NCBI GenBank assembly: GCA_900555835.1 | Contig: USMK01000002.1 | Span: forward strand, 10,117 to 74,116 | Length of the DNA: 64,000 nt | Direction: 5' to 3' | From: an uncultured Clostridium sp. | GTDB lineage: Bacteria; Bacillota; Clostridia; TANB77; CAG-508 | Part shown: piece after piece, positions 8,293-19,165 of the stretch | Layout of the letters: every line of letters begins with the position of its first letter | How positions within the stretch are numbered: the first letter of the stretch is position 1 | The notes under the pieces: model-generated | Seen by the model: the letters and a program-made list of their open reading frames with translations, nothing else | What the model was told of the DNA's origin: nothing | Database searches by the model: none | Program-made: the position numbers and the translations under genes

Positions 8293-10260
8293 ATGAAATT
8301 ATCAATACTAACACCAACATACAACAGAGCAAAAATGCTACCAGATTTATATCAAAGTTTGAAAGATAATTTAAAATATGAAGTGGATTTCGAATGGATT
8401 ATTATGGATGATGGCTCTACTGATAATACAAAAGAAGTTGTAGATGGCTTTATAAAAGAAAACATAATGCAAATAAAATATTTTTACCAAGAAAATCAAG
8501 GAAAAATGGTTGCTATAAATAAATTAGTAGAAGAGGCAACAGGAGATTTTATGATGGACTGCGATTCTGACGATTGTTTTGCTAAAAATGCTTTTGGAAC
8601 AATAAAAGAAAACATAGACAAGCTAGTTTTAGACCAAGAATTATATGCTTTAATATTTTTAAAATGTGATGTATCAGGCGAAATTAGTGGAGAAAAGTTC
8701 AAAGAAGATAATTACAAAACTACAATGTTTGATTTATATTTTAAAGATGATGTTAAAGGCGAAAAAATACTATTATTTAATAGCCGTATAAGAAAACAAT
8801 TTAAACACAAAATAGAAAAAGGTGAAAAATTTATAACAGAAGCAAGAATGTACCATGAAATGGACAAACACTATAAAGTGCTATGTATAAATAAACCGTT
8901 AGTAATAGGATCATATTTAGCAGATGGATATACAAAAAACATAAAAAAAGTATTTTTAGAAAATCCAAGGGGATATATGAAATATTTTGAAGAGATACTA
9001 GCTTTTAATACCAAAAATATATTACCTGAAAAAAGATTATACATAATAAAGCATTATATATTATTTAGTTATTTAACAAAATCTAAGAACATATTAAAAC
9101 CTGTAAAGAATGGATTAGATAAGTTTTTAATAGCTTTATTGTATATACCAGGAGTGATAAAAACAAAATTTTCTTTTATACCCAAAAGAAAGAAATTGCT
9201 TTTTTCTTCTTGGACATTAGAAGTAGGCGGAATAGAAACAGCACTTGTTAATTTAGTAAATGAGATGTCAAAAAAATATGATGTAACATTAGTGCTAGAA
9301 CATAAGAGAGGTCCTTTTTTAGATAAGGTAAAAAAGAATATAAAAATAATAGAGTACACACCAAGCACTAATAAAAATATTTTTATTAGAAAAATGGTTA
9401 ATTTCTTAAAAAGGGTTAAATTTATATTAAAATACAAGTATAAATACGATTTTTCAGTATCATTTGCAACATATTCAAGACCGGGTTCGTTTATAGCAAG
9501 AACAGCTTCGAAAAATAATTTACTTTGGGTTCATTCAAACTATATGATTATATATAAAAATAATATACCTGAAATAAAAAGATTTTTTGAAAGTGTACAA
9601 TATGATAAATTTAAAAATATTGTATGTATATCAGAAGATGCTAAAAAAGCATTTTTGAAGGTATTTCCTAATTTGAAAAATGTACAGGTTATAAATAATA
9701 TAGTAGATTATAAAACCATACTAGAAAAGGCAGAGGAGAAAATTGATTTAGAAAGAGCAGATGCAACTACTTTTTTAAGTGTATGCAGACATGAAGAAAG
9801 AGCAAAAAAATTAACTAGACTAATAGAAGCGGGAAAATTATTAAAAGACGAAGGCTATAAATTTAGAATACTTTTTGTTGGAGATGGAGAAGATACTCAA
9901 CTATATAAGGAATTAGTAGAAAAATATGACTTAGGTAAAGAAATCATATTTTGCGGAATGCAAGCAAACCCATATCCTTATTTTAAAATATCAGATTGTG
10001 TTATATTAACATCTGAATATGAAGGCTATCCTGTAATATTTACAGAGGCTAAATTGCTTGAAAAACCAATAATAACAACAGATGTATCTGATAGTAAGAT
10101 AGATATTAAAAACAAATATGGAATTGTAGTTGAAAAAAATGTAGAAAGTATAAAAAATGCAATGGAAGTATTTATAAAAGAGGGATACAACATAAAAGAA
10201 AGATTTAAGCCGGAGCAATTTAATAAAAATATAGTTGAAAAATTGGAAAAATTACTATAA
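8293..10260 (+). CDS. Bifunctional glycosyltransferase: N-terminal GT2 fused to C-terminal GT4
   Basis: Start ATG 8293 after AGAGGGG. N-terminal half has LSILTPTYNR...MDDGSTDN...DSDD. C-terminal half has GGIETALVNL...EYEGYPVIFTEA. Confidence 0.8.
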   Translation: MKLSILTPTYNRAKMLPDLYQSLKDNLKYEVDFEWIIMDDGSTDNTKEVVDGFIKENIMQIKYFYQENQGKMVAINKLVEEATGDFMMDCDSDDCFAKNAFGTIKENIDKLVLDQELYALIFLKCDVSGEISGEKFKEDNYKTTMFDLYFKDDVKGEKILLFNSRIRKQFKHKIEKGEKFITEARMYHEMDKHYKVLCINKPLVIGSYLADGYTKNIKKVFLENPRGYMKYFEEILAFNTKNILPEKRLYIIKHYILFSYLTKSKNILKPVKNGLDKFLIALLYIPGVIKTKFSFIPKRKKLLFSSWTLEVGGIETALVNLVNEMSKKYDVTLVLEHKRGPFLDKVKKNIKIIEYTPSTNKNIFIRKMVNFLKRVKFILKYKYKYDFSVSFATYSRPGSFIARTASKNNLLWVHSNYMIIYKNNIPEIKRFFESVQYDKFKNIVCISEDAKKAFLKVFPNLKNVQVINNIVDYKTILEKAEEKIDLERADATTFLSVCRHEERAKKLTRLIEAGKLLKDEGYKFRILFVGDGEDTQLYKELVEKYDLGKEIIFCGMQANPYPYFKISDCVILTSEYEGYPVIFTEAKLLEKPIITTDVSDSKIDIKNKYGIVVEKNVESIKNAMEVFIKEGYNIKERFKPEQFNKNIVEKLEKLL

Positions 10261-10318
10261 AATAGTATAATCTTATGTTATAATGTAAAAGCAAATAAAA
10301 AAGAGAAGAGGGATTATA

Positions 10319-11059
10319 ATGGCGGAAAGCACCGATAATGCAATAATAGTGCAAGATGTATATAAAAACTTTGATGTGTTTTATGATAAAACTAATACTA
10401 TTAAAGATAAGGTATTATTTTGGAATAAAAGCAAAAAAGAAGTAAGAGAAATTTTAAAGGGAATTGATTTAGAGATAAAAAAAGGTGAAGTTGTAGGATT
10501 GATTGGAGTAAATGGAAGCGGGAAGTCAACATTGCTTAAACTAATGACCAAAATAATATATCCTACAAAAGGAAAAATCATAACAAACGGAAAACTAACA
10601 TCTTTGCTAGAACTTGGAGCAGGCTTCCATCCTGATTTTTCTGGAAGAGAAAATATATATTTTAATGCAGCTATTTTTGGACTATCTAGAAAAGAAATAG
10701 ATGCAAGATTGAATGATATAATAGAATTTTCAGAGTTAGGAGATTTTATAGATAATCCAGTTAGAACATATTCTTCTGGAATGTATATGAGACTTGCTTT
10801 TTCAATTGCGATAAACGTAGATGCTGATATATTATTAGTAGATGAAATTTTATCTGTTGGAGATCAACACTTCCAAGAAAGATGTTTTCAAAAGATTGAA
10901 GATTTAAAAAATCAAGGCAAAACAATTGTAATTGTTACACACTCAATGGATACAGTAACAAGATTTTGCACAAGAGCTGTATGGTTACATCAAGGAAAGA
11001 TAAAAATGGATGGAGATGCTGAAACGGTTACAAAAGTTTACTTAGAGGAAACAGCATAA
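10319..11059 (+). CDS. ABC transporter ATP-binding protein for polysaccharide/teichoic-acid export (TagH/Wzt-like, short form)
   Basis: Walker A GVNGSGKST, signature SSGMYMRLAFS, Walker B LLVDEILSVGD. Confidence 0.9.
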   Translation: MAESTDNAIIVQDVYKNFDVFYDKTNTIKDKVLFWNKSKKEVREILKGIDLEIKKGEVVGLIGVNGSGKSTLLKLMTKIIYPTKGKIITNGKLTSLLELGAGFHPDFSGRENIYFNAAIFGLSRKEIDARLNDIIEFSELGDFIDNPVRTYSSGMYMRLAFSIAINVDADILLVDEILSVGDQHFQERCFQKIEDLKNQGKTIVIVTHSMDTVTRFCTRAVWLHQGKIKMDGDAETVTKVYLEETA

Positions 11060-11080
11060 AAGAATGGAGGAAAACTAAAA

Positions 11081-11855
11081 GTGAGTATATTTAAAGATTT
11101 ATACAAATATAGGGAATTATTAAAAACAAATGTACAAAAAGAAGTAAGAGGAAAATACAAAAATTCATTTTTGGGAATATTATGGTCATTCCTAAATCCA
11201 TTACTACAATTAGTAGTTTATTCAGTAATTTTTGGAAGCTTATTAGGAGGGGATATTCCTGGATATCATATTTATGTATGCGTAGCCTTAATACCTTGGA
11301 CATTTTTTACATCAGCAATTCAACAAGCTGATTTTACTGTGATTGCGAACCGGAAATATAATAAAGAAGGTCTATTTCCCAAGAGAAATTTTGCCAATTT
11401 CTGTTGTTACAAGTAATGCAATAAATTTTATAATATCAACAATAATTATATTAATATTATGTATATTTTCAGATTTAGGATTAACTTGGTATATATTATT
11501 ATATCCAGTAATATTATTTGTACAATATATATTAATATTAGGAATTTCATTCATTGTATCAGCAATAACAGTTTATATAAGAGATTTAGAACACATAATA
11601 GGAGTAGTGCTTATGGCAGCTTTTTATGCAACACCAATTGTATATAAAGTTGAACAATTACCAGCTAGTTTACAAATAATAATGAAATTAAACCCGATGA
11701 CATATATAATAGAGGCATATAGGTCAATATTCTATTACCAACAAATGCCTGATTTTTACCATTTAGGAATATTATTTGCAATAGCTCTTGTATTACTTGT
11801 AATAGGATACAAAATATTCCACAAATTGCAAAAGGGATTTGCAGAAGAACTATAA
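11081..11855 (+). CDS. ABC-2 type exporter permease (TagG/Wzm-like), interrupted; needs a +1 frame change at CGG 11351-11353 to give 257 aa
   Basis: GTG start. N-terminal ...YRELLKTNVQKEVRGKYKNSFLGILWSFLNPL. The +1 frame carries the conserved IIKKVYFPREILPIS and the remaining TM segments. That frame opens only at 11343. Confidence 0.85.
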
Positions 11856-11872
11856 TTTGAAGGAGAAAAACA

Positions 11873-12994
11873 ATGGAAAAAAATGATATTTTATTTTCAA
11901 TTATTGTACCAGTATACAATACAGAAAAATATATAGAAAAATGCTTGAATTCAATACTTAAAGCAATAGACACAGATTGTGAAGTAATTTTAGTAAATGA
12001 TGGATCAAAAGATAATTCGGAAAGGGTTATTAAAGAATTTATTAGCAAGTTACCAGAAGAATATAAGAACAAATTTATTTACAAATACAAAGAAAATAAA
12101 GGATTAGCAGATACTAAAAATGTTGGTATTTCATTAGCAAGAGGAAAATATATAAGTGTTGTGGATTCTGATGATTATATATCAGACGATTTTTATAAAG
12201 TTGCTAGACGCTATATAGAAGAAGGATATGAAATAATAATATATGATTTGTATATTATTTTTGAGCAAAATTATGCCGAGAATTATTGCAAACAAATGGG
12301 AATAAGTGAGAAAATTGATTTCCATAATTATGTGGCAAGAGCATTTAATGACGAAAAAGATATAGAAAAAACAGCGATTTTATGTGGTGCTATGCAAGGT
12401 TCTTCTTGCAATAAGATAATAAAAAAAGAGTTATATAATGACTATAAATTTCCAACAAATAAAGAATATGAAGATACTGCTGTTACACCATTTATTCTTA
12501 TGGACACAGATAAGATAAAATATGTACCATATCCACTTTATTATTATTTACAAAGAGCGAAATCAATAGTTGGTAATAATACATATATAACAGCTTTTTA
12601 TAAAATTTGTGAAAATATATCTAATGAATTAAAAAGCAAGAATGATTATAAAATTTATGACGAAGTTATAAATGAATTCTTTATAGAAAGAGCATTAGAT
12701 ACAATGTATGCAGATTATATAAAAGGAAAAAAAGAGTTCTGGAACAAATTAGACGATTTTTCAGAAAAAAATCAAAATACAATTAAGTATATTTTAGAAA
12801 AAAATATGATTTATGAATATAAGAATCATTATACAGAAAGACAAAAAAACTTGCTTAAAGACATATATGAAGGGATTTTAAATAAGCAATATAATAAAGT
12901 AAAAAAAGCATTTCTTTTAAGAAAAACTGTAAATTATATAAGAAAAATTTTAAGAAGTTTCAAAGATTTAGGAAAGAATATAATAGGGAGGTAA
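11873..12994 (+). CDS. Glycosyltransferase family 2
   Basis: FSIIVPVYNTEKYIEKCL...VNDGSKDNS...VDSDD. Confidence 0.9.
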   Translation: MEKNDILFSIIVPVYNTEKYIEKCLNSILKAIDTDCEVILVNDGSKDNSERVIKEFISKLPEEYKNKFIYKYKENKGLADTKNVGISLARGKYISVVDSDDYISDDFYKVARRYIEEGYEIIIYDLYIIFEQNYAENYCKQMGISEKIDFHNYVARAFNDEKDIEKTAILCGAMQGSSCNKIIKKELYNDYKFPTNKEYEDTAVTPFILMDTDKIKYVPYPLYYYLQRAKSIVGNNTYITAFYKICENISNELKSKNDYKIYDEVINEFFIERALDTMYADYIKGKKEFWNKLDDFSEKNQNTIKYILEKNMIYEYKNHYTERQKNLLKDIYEGILNKQYNKVKKAFLLRKTVNYIRKILRSFKDLGKNIIGR

Positions 12995-12996
12995 AG

Positions 12997-13725
12997 ATGG
13001 AAAAAGTAATTCACTATTGTTGGTTTGGAGGAAAAGAAAAACCCAAAAAAATAAAGAAGTATATAAAAACTTGGAAAAAATATTTACCTGATTATAAAAT
13101 AATGGAATGGAATGAAAGCAATTTTGATGTTAATTTAACTGAATTTTCTAAGGCTGCATATGAAGCAAAAAAATGGGCTTTTGTATCAGATGTAGCAAGA
13201 ATATATGCTCTTAAAGAACATGGTGGAATTTATTTTGACACTGATATAGAAGTAACTAAAAACATTGATAAAATACTAGAAAATGAAATTTGGCTAGGTA
13301 GGGAAGACGATAAATTTTTAGCTACTGCTATGATTGGTGTAAAAGAACAGCACAATAAACACATAAACAATATTTGGAATATTTATAAACAAGCCAAATT
13401 TAATCCAGACGATTTATATAGTGTAACTAGTCCTAAAATATTAACCAAATATTTTAAAGATTTAGGATTGAAAGAGGGAAATGAATGCCAAACACTTGAA
13501 GATGATATACACATATATGCAAAAGATTACTTTAATCCAAAATCATATGATGGTAATAATGAAACTTTTACAGAAAATACATGTATAATACATCACTTTG
13601 ATGCAACATGGACAGATAGAGATGAAAAAATAGCAATATGGTTTGTAAGAAGAAAAATGGGATTTATGGCCAAATATGTATTTTCTATATCAAACAGAAT
13701 TAAAAGGAGAAAAAATGAAAAATAG
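12997..13725 (+). CDS. Glycosyltransferase with DXD motif (GT32 / capsular polysaccharide synthesis type)
   Basis: IHYCWFGG...PDYKIMEWNESNFD...FVSDVARIYAL...GGIYFDTDIEV. Confidence 0.8.
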   Translation: MEKVIHYCWFGGKEKPKKIKKYIKTWKKYLPDYKIMEWNESNFDVNLTEFSKAAYEAKKWAFVSDVARIYALKEHGGIYFDTDIEVTKNIDKILENEIWLGREDDKFLATAMIGVKEQHNKHINNIWNIYKQAKFNPDDLYSVTSPKILTKYFKDLGLKEGNECQTLEDDIHIYAKDYFNPKSYDGNNETFTENTCIIHHFDATWTDRDEKIAIWFVRRKMGFMAKYVFSISNRIKRRKNEK

Positions 13726-15494
13726 ATACAAGGTGCTAGCAATTATTTTGGCTATTTTTATAATATTTGCGTTAAGTGGAAATATTGATACTGAAACTTC
13801 AAAAATTTTTTTCGGTCAAAGTAATTCTTTTGTATGGGGTATAGTGATGCTGGTTGCATATATTGCTATAATTAAAAGCTTTGAAATAAAAGATAAAAGA
13901 TTGCAAATAACAGCAATAATACTTGCAATATTGCTATCAATTATGCAAGTATTAGGAGAAATATTAGATACATATTTAGACTTGAATTTGGTCTTAACTA
14001 AACTTAGGTTTATGACCTTTTACATGGCAAAATGGATAGGATTTACTACTATAATTTATGTAACAATTATACGGAATTTTTTCTTATTTGAATAAAAAAA
14101 TAGAAAATAAAGAAAAATTAGAAGAATGGAAATTTTTTAAACCAACAAAATTAAATTATTTTATATATTTAGGATTAATATTTATAGCATATATTCCATA
14201 TTTCTTAGCATTTTATCCAGGGCTTACGACACCGGATTCTTTAACACAAATTGCTCAGGGAGTAGGAAATAGCAGTTTATCTAACCATCATCCTTTATTA
14301 AATACATTGATAATTGGTCTTTTTATAAAAATTGGTGGTGCAGTTGGAAATTATAATATAGGTAATGCTCTTTATACTATAACACAGATGCTAGTTGTTT
14401 CAGCAGTATTTGCATATGCAGTATATTATATGAACAAAAAGAATGTACCAGTTGTGCTAAGGCTAATAGCATTAATATATTATGCTATTTATCCAATTCA
14501 TGCTGCTTATAGTGTAACTATGTGGAAGGATATTCCATTTGCATTATGTATGTTGCTATTTACAATAATAGTTACTGAATTGATACAAAATAAAGAGGAA
14601 TTTTTCGAATCAAAAAAGAAAATAATTTTACTTACTGTTAGTATGATATTTGTTATTTTATTTAGAAACAATGGACTTTATGTAGTTTTAATAACAATGC
14701 CATTTATATTGGCTTTTGCAAGAAAATACTATAAACAATTGCTTATTAGTTTTTTCATAGTGTTGGTATTTTACTCTGTACTATGGAAAGGAATTTTCTT
14801 TAAAGTATTAAATGTAGAAGAAGTTTCAGCGGTAGAAGCGTTATCTGTTCCAATGCAACAAATTGCAAGAGTTGTGAATTGCAAAGAAGAAAAGTTAACA
14901 GAGGCAGAAAAAGAACAAATACATAAATTTTGGCCAATAGATAATTTAGGAGAAATATATGATTCAAGATTATCAGACAATGTTAAATGGGCAGCAGATG
15001 TAAACAAAATAAATGAAAATAAAGGAGAGTTTATAAGTCTATGGGCTAAATTACTTATAAAATATCCTATAACATATATTGAATCGTTTTTATGTAATTG
15101 CTATGGATATTGGTATCCAGAAGCTTATAATTGGGTGATTGCAAGATATGCTCAAATAGAAGATAGACCAGAAGTAGAAGATTTGAAATTAGAAAAAAAC
15201 CCAATAATAGAAGGGAAGTTAATAAATAAAATATGGGATTTAACAGAAAGAAGAAATGTGCCAGTATTATCAATGGTATTTAGTATTGGATTTGCAATGT
15301 GGTTAGTATTTATTCAAATGGCTTATATAATTTACAAGAAAAAGTATAAATTGCTAATTATATTTGTACCAATTTTAGCATTATGGCTAACAAATCTAGC
15401 TTCACCAGTATATTGCGAATTTAGGTATATGTATAGTTTATTTACTTGCTTACCAATATTATTGTTTGTAGTAAATAAAAATGAAGAAAAATAA
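13715..15494 (+). CDS. Polytopic membrane protein, DUF6020-like candidate GT-C glycosyltransferase, interrupted; needs a +1 frame change at CGG 14072-14074 to give 592 aa
   Basis: ATG 13715 after GGAGAAAAA. The upstream frame stops at 14093-14095 and the +1 frame is open from 14064. The downstream part carries FYPGLTTPDSLTQ and many TM segments. It sits next to a GtrB-like enzyme. Confidence 0.6.
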
Positions 15495-15511
15495 AAGGAG
15501 ATGTGCATTAA

Positions 15512-16450
15512 ATGGAAAAAATAGCAGTATTGATACCTTGTTATAATGAGGAACTTACAATAGAAAAAGTGGTAAAAGATTTTAAGAAAGAATTGCCAGA
15601 TGCAGATATTTATGTATATGATAACAATTCAAAAGACAAAACAGCTGAAATTGCTAAAAATGCAGGTGCAATAGTAAAATACGAATACAGACAAGGAAAA
15701 GGAAATGTTGTAAGAAGCATGTTTCGTGATATTGATGCAGATATATATGTTATGGTTGATGGAGACGATACATATCCAGCAGAATTTGTACATGAACTTA
15801 TAAAACCAATAAGAGATGGACAAGCTGATATGACAATAGGAGATAGATTATCAAATGGAACATACCAAGAAGAAAATAAGAGAAAATTCCACGAATTTGG
15901 GAATAATTTAGTAAAAAAAGGAATCAATATGCTATTTGATACTAAATTAAAAGACATAATGACAGGGTACAGAGTTTTCAACAAAATATTTGTAAAAAAC
16001 ATGCCTGTAATGACACCAAAATTTGAAATTGAAACAGAAATGACATTATATGCATTAGATAAAAAATATATAATAAAAGAAATTCCAATAATATACAGAG
16101 ATAGACCAGAAGGTAGTGAGTCAAAATTAAATACTGTAAGTGATGGAATAAAAGTTGTAAAAACAATATTCAATATGTTTAAAGACTACAAGCCATTCCA
16201 ATTCTTTGGAATAATAGCACTAATACTACTAGTATTAGGCTTAGTAGCAGGAATACCTGTGATAATCGAATATGTAAAAACAGCCTATATAACCAAATTA
16301 CCATCAGCAGTTCTAGCGACCGGTCTAATAATGCTATCAGCAATAATTTTCCAATGTGGACTAATACTACAAACAATAGTAAAACAACACAAGGAAAATT
16401 ACGAATTGAACCTGCTAAGATATGAACAAATGGAGAATGCTAAGAAATAA
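15512..16450 (+). CDS. GtrB/CsbB-like polyprenyl-phosphate glycosyltransferase (GT2 with two C-terminal TM helices)
   Basis: IPCYNEE...DNNSKD...DGDDTYP, plus a C-terminal hydrophobic pair. Confidence 0.85.
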   Translation: MEKIAVLIPCYNEELTIEKVVKDFKKELPDADIYVYDNNSKDKTAEIAKNAGAIVKYEYRQGKGNVVRSMFRDIDADIYVMVDGDDTYPAEFVHELIKPIRDGQADMTIGDRLSNGTYQEENKRKFHEFGNNLVKKGINMLFDTKLKDIMTGYRVFNKIFVKNMPVMTPKFEIETEMTLYALDKKYIIKEIPIIYRDRPEGSESKLNTVSDGIKVVKTIFNMFKDYKPFQFFGIIALILLVLGLVAGIPVIIEYVKTAYITKLPSAVLATGLIMLSAIIFQCGLILQTIVKQHKENYELNLLRYEQMENAKK

Positions 16451-16480
16451 AAAAGTCTACAATTTTTTACCTAAAAATTA

Positions 16481-16509
16481 TTGACAAATTTATTTTGTTA
16501 GTGGATAAT
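16481..16509 (+). promoter_or_regulatory. Sigma-A type promoter of glgP
   Basis: TTGACA (16481-16486), 17 nt, GATAAT (16504-16509). Confidence 0.55.
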
Positions 16510-16571
16510 TATAATGTTATAGAACGAATAGAAAAATTTTGAATATAAATATACTGAGGAGGAAGTTTTAA

Positions 16572-19139
16572 ATGTACATATTTAATAAAATTACTGTTAA
16601 TCCACAATTACCAAAGAGGATTGAAAGAATAGGAGATATTGCTAATAACTTATGGTGGGCTTGGAATACAGAATTTTTGAAATTATTTAAAGAAATTGAT
16701 AGAGATTTATGGGAAAGTGTTGATAAAAATCCAACCAAATTTTTGAAACTTGTTGAACAAGAAAAATTAGAGAAATTAGAGAAAAACATACTTTTCCTAA
16801 GAAAATATGATAAAATTGTAGAGAATTTTGATGCTTATATGAATAGCAAAAATACCTGGTTTGATAAAAAATATCCAAACAATAAATCAAGAGATTTATT
16901 TGCATATTTTTCAGCTGAATATGGTTTAGACGAAATATTACCAATTTATTCAGGTGGACTTGGAATTCTTTCTGGTGACCATTTAAAATCTGCAAGTGAT
17001 TTAGGACTTCCTTTTGTTGCTGTTGGTTTATTATATAAAAATGGTTATTTCCATCAAAAAATAAATGGATATGGAGATCAAGAAACTGAGTATCATAACA
17101 TAGATATTGATAATCTTCCAATTTTGCCAGTAAAAACAGAAGACGATAAAGATATGAAAATAAAAGTACAATTTATGGGAAATGATGTGTACTTAAAAGT
17201 ATGGCAAATAAATGTAGGAAGAATTAAATTATTTTTACTAGATTCAGATATAAAAGACAACAGAGCTGAATTTAGAAATACTACACTTCGTTTATATGGC
17301 GGAGATAAAGAAATGAGAATAAGACAGGAAATTGTTTTAGGCATAGGTGGAGTTAGACTTCTTAAAGAATTAGGATACAAACCAACTGTATACCATATGA
17401 ATGAAGGACATTCTGCTTTTGCTACATTAGAATTAATAAAAAATACTATTGAAGAAAAGCAATTATCATTCCCAATGGCAAAAGATATAATTTCTGCAAA
17501 AACAGTATTTACAACACATACACCAGTTCCAGCAGGAAATGATATATTTGATGTAAGTTTAGTAGAAAAATATTTTAGCGATTATCACGAGAAATTAGGA
17601 ATAGGCAAAGAAGAATTTCTAAGATTAGGAATGAAATGTGAAAACGGCTTAGAACCAGGATTTAATATGGGAATCTTAGCACTTAAAATATCTGGAAAGA
17701 AAAACGGTGTAAGCAAACTACATGGAGCTGTTTCACGTGAATTGTTTGGCGAAATTTGGAGTAATATTGCATCAAATGAATCACCGATAACTTATGTAAC
17801 AAATGGTGTTCACACTTGCTCTTGGCTTGCTCCAAGTATTAAGCAACTCTTTAATAATTATTTGATGCCATATTGGCAAGACAATATCCATTTAGATTCA
17901 ACGTGGGATAAAATTTATAATATTCCAGACGATAAATTATGGAAAGAACATCAAACAAGAAAAGAAAAATTATTAGAATTGGTAAAGGGAAATATAACAA
18001 CTAGACTAAAACGTTCTGGAATTAGTTATGATGAAATAAAAGAAATTACTTCAAAACTAAATCCAAATGCTTTAACAATTGGATTTGCTAGAAGATTTGC
18101 AACATATAAAAGAGCAACTTTAATCTTTAAAGATTTAGAGAGAATAACACAAATATTAAATGATCAAGAAAGACCAGTTCAAATTATATTTGCTGGAAAA
18201 GCACATCCAGCAGACAAAGAAGGTCAAGATTTAATAAAACGCATACACGAAATATCTATGATGCCACAATTTAAAGGAAAAATATTTATATTAGAAAATT
18301 ACAATATTGCAATGGCAAGATATTTAGTAAGTGGTGTAGATGTATGGCTAAATAATCCACGTAGACCAATGGAAGCTTCTGGAACAAGTGGACAAAAAGC
18401 TGCAATAAATGGTGTAGTTAATTTCAGTGTACTAGACGGATGGTGGGCAGAAGGCTACAACATGAAAAATGGCTGGGCAATTGGAACAAACAAAGAATTT
18501 GATTCATATGAAGAACAAGATATTGCAGATAGCAACAGTATGTATGCCACATTAGAAAACAGAATAATACCAACATATTATTCAAAAGATAGAAATGGAG
18601 TTTCAAAAGAGTGGATGGCTCTTATGAAAAATTCTATTGCATCAAATGCTGGGAAATTTAGTACAGCTAGAATGTTAGTTGACTATGTAGAAAAACTATA
18701 TATGCCACTTGCAGATGTAACAGATGCATATTATAACAATATTGAAAGTGTTGCTGAATATAATACTTGGAAAAAGGAAATAATACGTAATTGGAATGAC
18801 ATTATTATTACTCAAAAGAATAATGTGAATAATAAAAAATTAGATGCAGGCCAATGCATAGAAGTGGAATGTCAAGTAAAATTACCGAATATAGATAAAA
18901 ATAGTATTCAAACAGAAGTGTATTTTGGAAAAATTCAAAAAGATGGAAGACTTGAAAACATTAGTATTATTCCAATGAACTTAGTAGCAAGAGATGAAGG
19001 AAATAAGTTATACACATATAAAGCCAAAATAGAACTTACAACAGGTGGAGATTATGGATATACATTTAGAGTAATGCCAAAACATCATATGCTATTAGAT
19101 TCAGCCAACTTGAACTTGGTAAAATGGATTACAAAATAG
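16572..19139 (+). CDS. glgP: Alpha-glucan (glycogen/maltodextrin) phosphorylase, GT35
   Basis: 855 aa; ...YFSAEYGL...GGLGILSGDHLKSASDLG...EASGTSGQKAAINGV... (PLP-lysine region). Confidence 0.9.
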   Translation: MYIFNKITVNPQLPKRIERIGDIANNLWWAWNTEFLKLFKEIDRDLWESVDKNPTKFLKLVEQEKLEKLEKNILFLRKYDKIVENFDAYMNSKNTWFDKKYPNNKSRDLFAYFSAEYGLDEILPIYSGGLGILSGDHLKSASDLGLPFVAVGLLYKNGYFHQKINGYGDQETEYHNIDIDNLPILPVKTEDDKDMKIKVQFMGNDVYLKVWQINVGRIKLFLLDSDIKDNRAEFRNTTLRLYGGDKEMRIRQEIVLGIGGVRLLKELGYKPTVYHMNEGHSAFATLELIKNTIEEKQLSFPMAKDIISAKTVFTTHTPVPAGNDIFDVSLVEKYFSDYHEKLGIGKEEFLRLGMKCENGLEPGFNMGILALKISGKKNGVSKLHGAVSRELFGEIWSNIASNESPITYVTNGVHTCSWLAPSIKQLFNNYLMPYWQDNIHLDSTWDKIYNIPDDKLWKEHQTRKEKLLELVKGNITTRLKRSGISYDEIKEITSKLNPNALTIGFARRFATYKRATLIFKDLERITQILNDQERPVQIIFAGKAHPADKEGQDLIKRIHEISMMPQFKGKIFILENYNIAMARYLVSGVDVWLNNPRRPMEASGTSGQKAAINGVVNFSVLDGWWAEGYNMKNGWAIGTNKEFDSYEEQDIADSNSMYATLENRIIPTYYSKDRNGVSKEWMALMKNSIASNAGKFSTARMLVDYVEKLYMPLADVTDAYYNNIESVAEYNTWKKEIIRNWNDIIITQKNNVNNKKLDAGQCIEVECQVKLPNIDKNSIQTEVYFGKIQKDGRLENISIIPMNLVARDEGNKLYTYKAKIELTTGGDYGYTFRVMPKHHMLLDSANLNLVKWITK

Positions 19140-19165
19140 ACAAAGGATGAGGAGTGAGAAAGTAA

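Noticed and set aside
14094-14100. A7 run as the slippage site joining the two halves of the DUF6020-like gene.
   Set aside because: The upstream frame already terminates at TAA 14093-14095, which uses the first two A residues. A shift inside the run therefore comes too late to rescue the frame.
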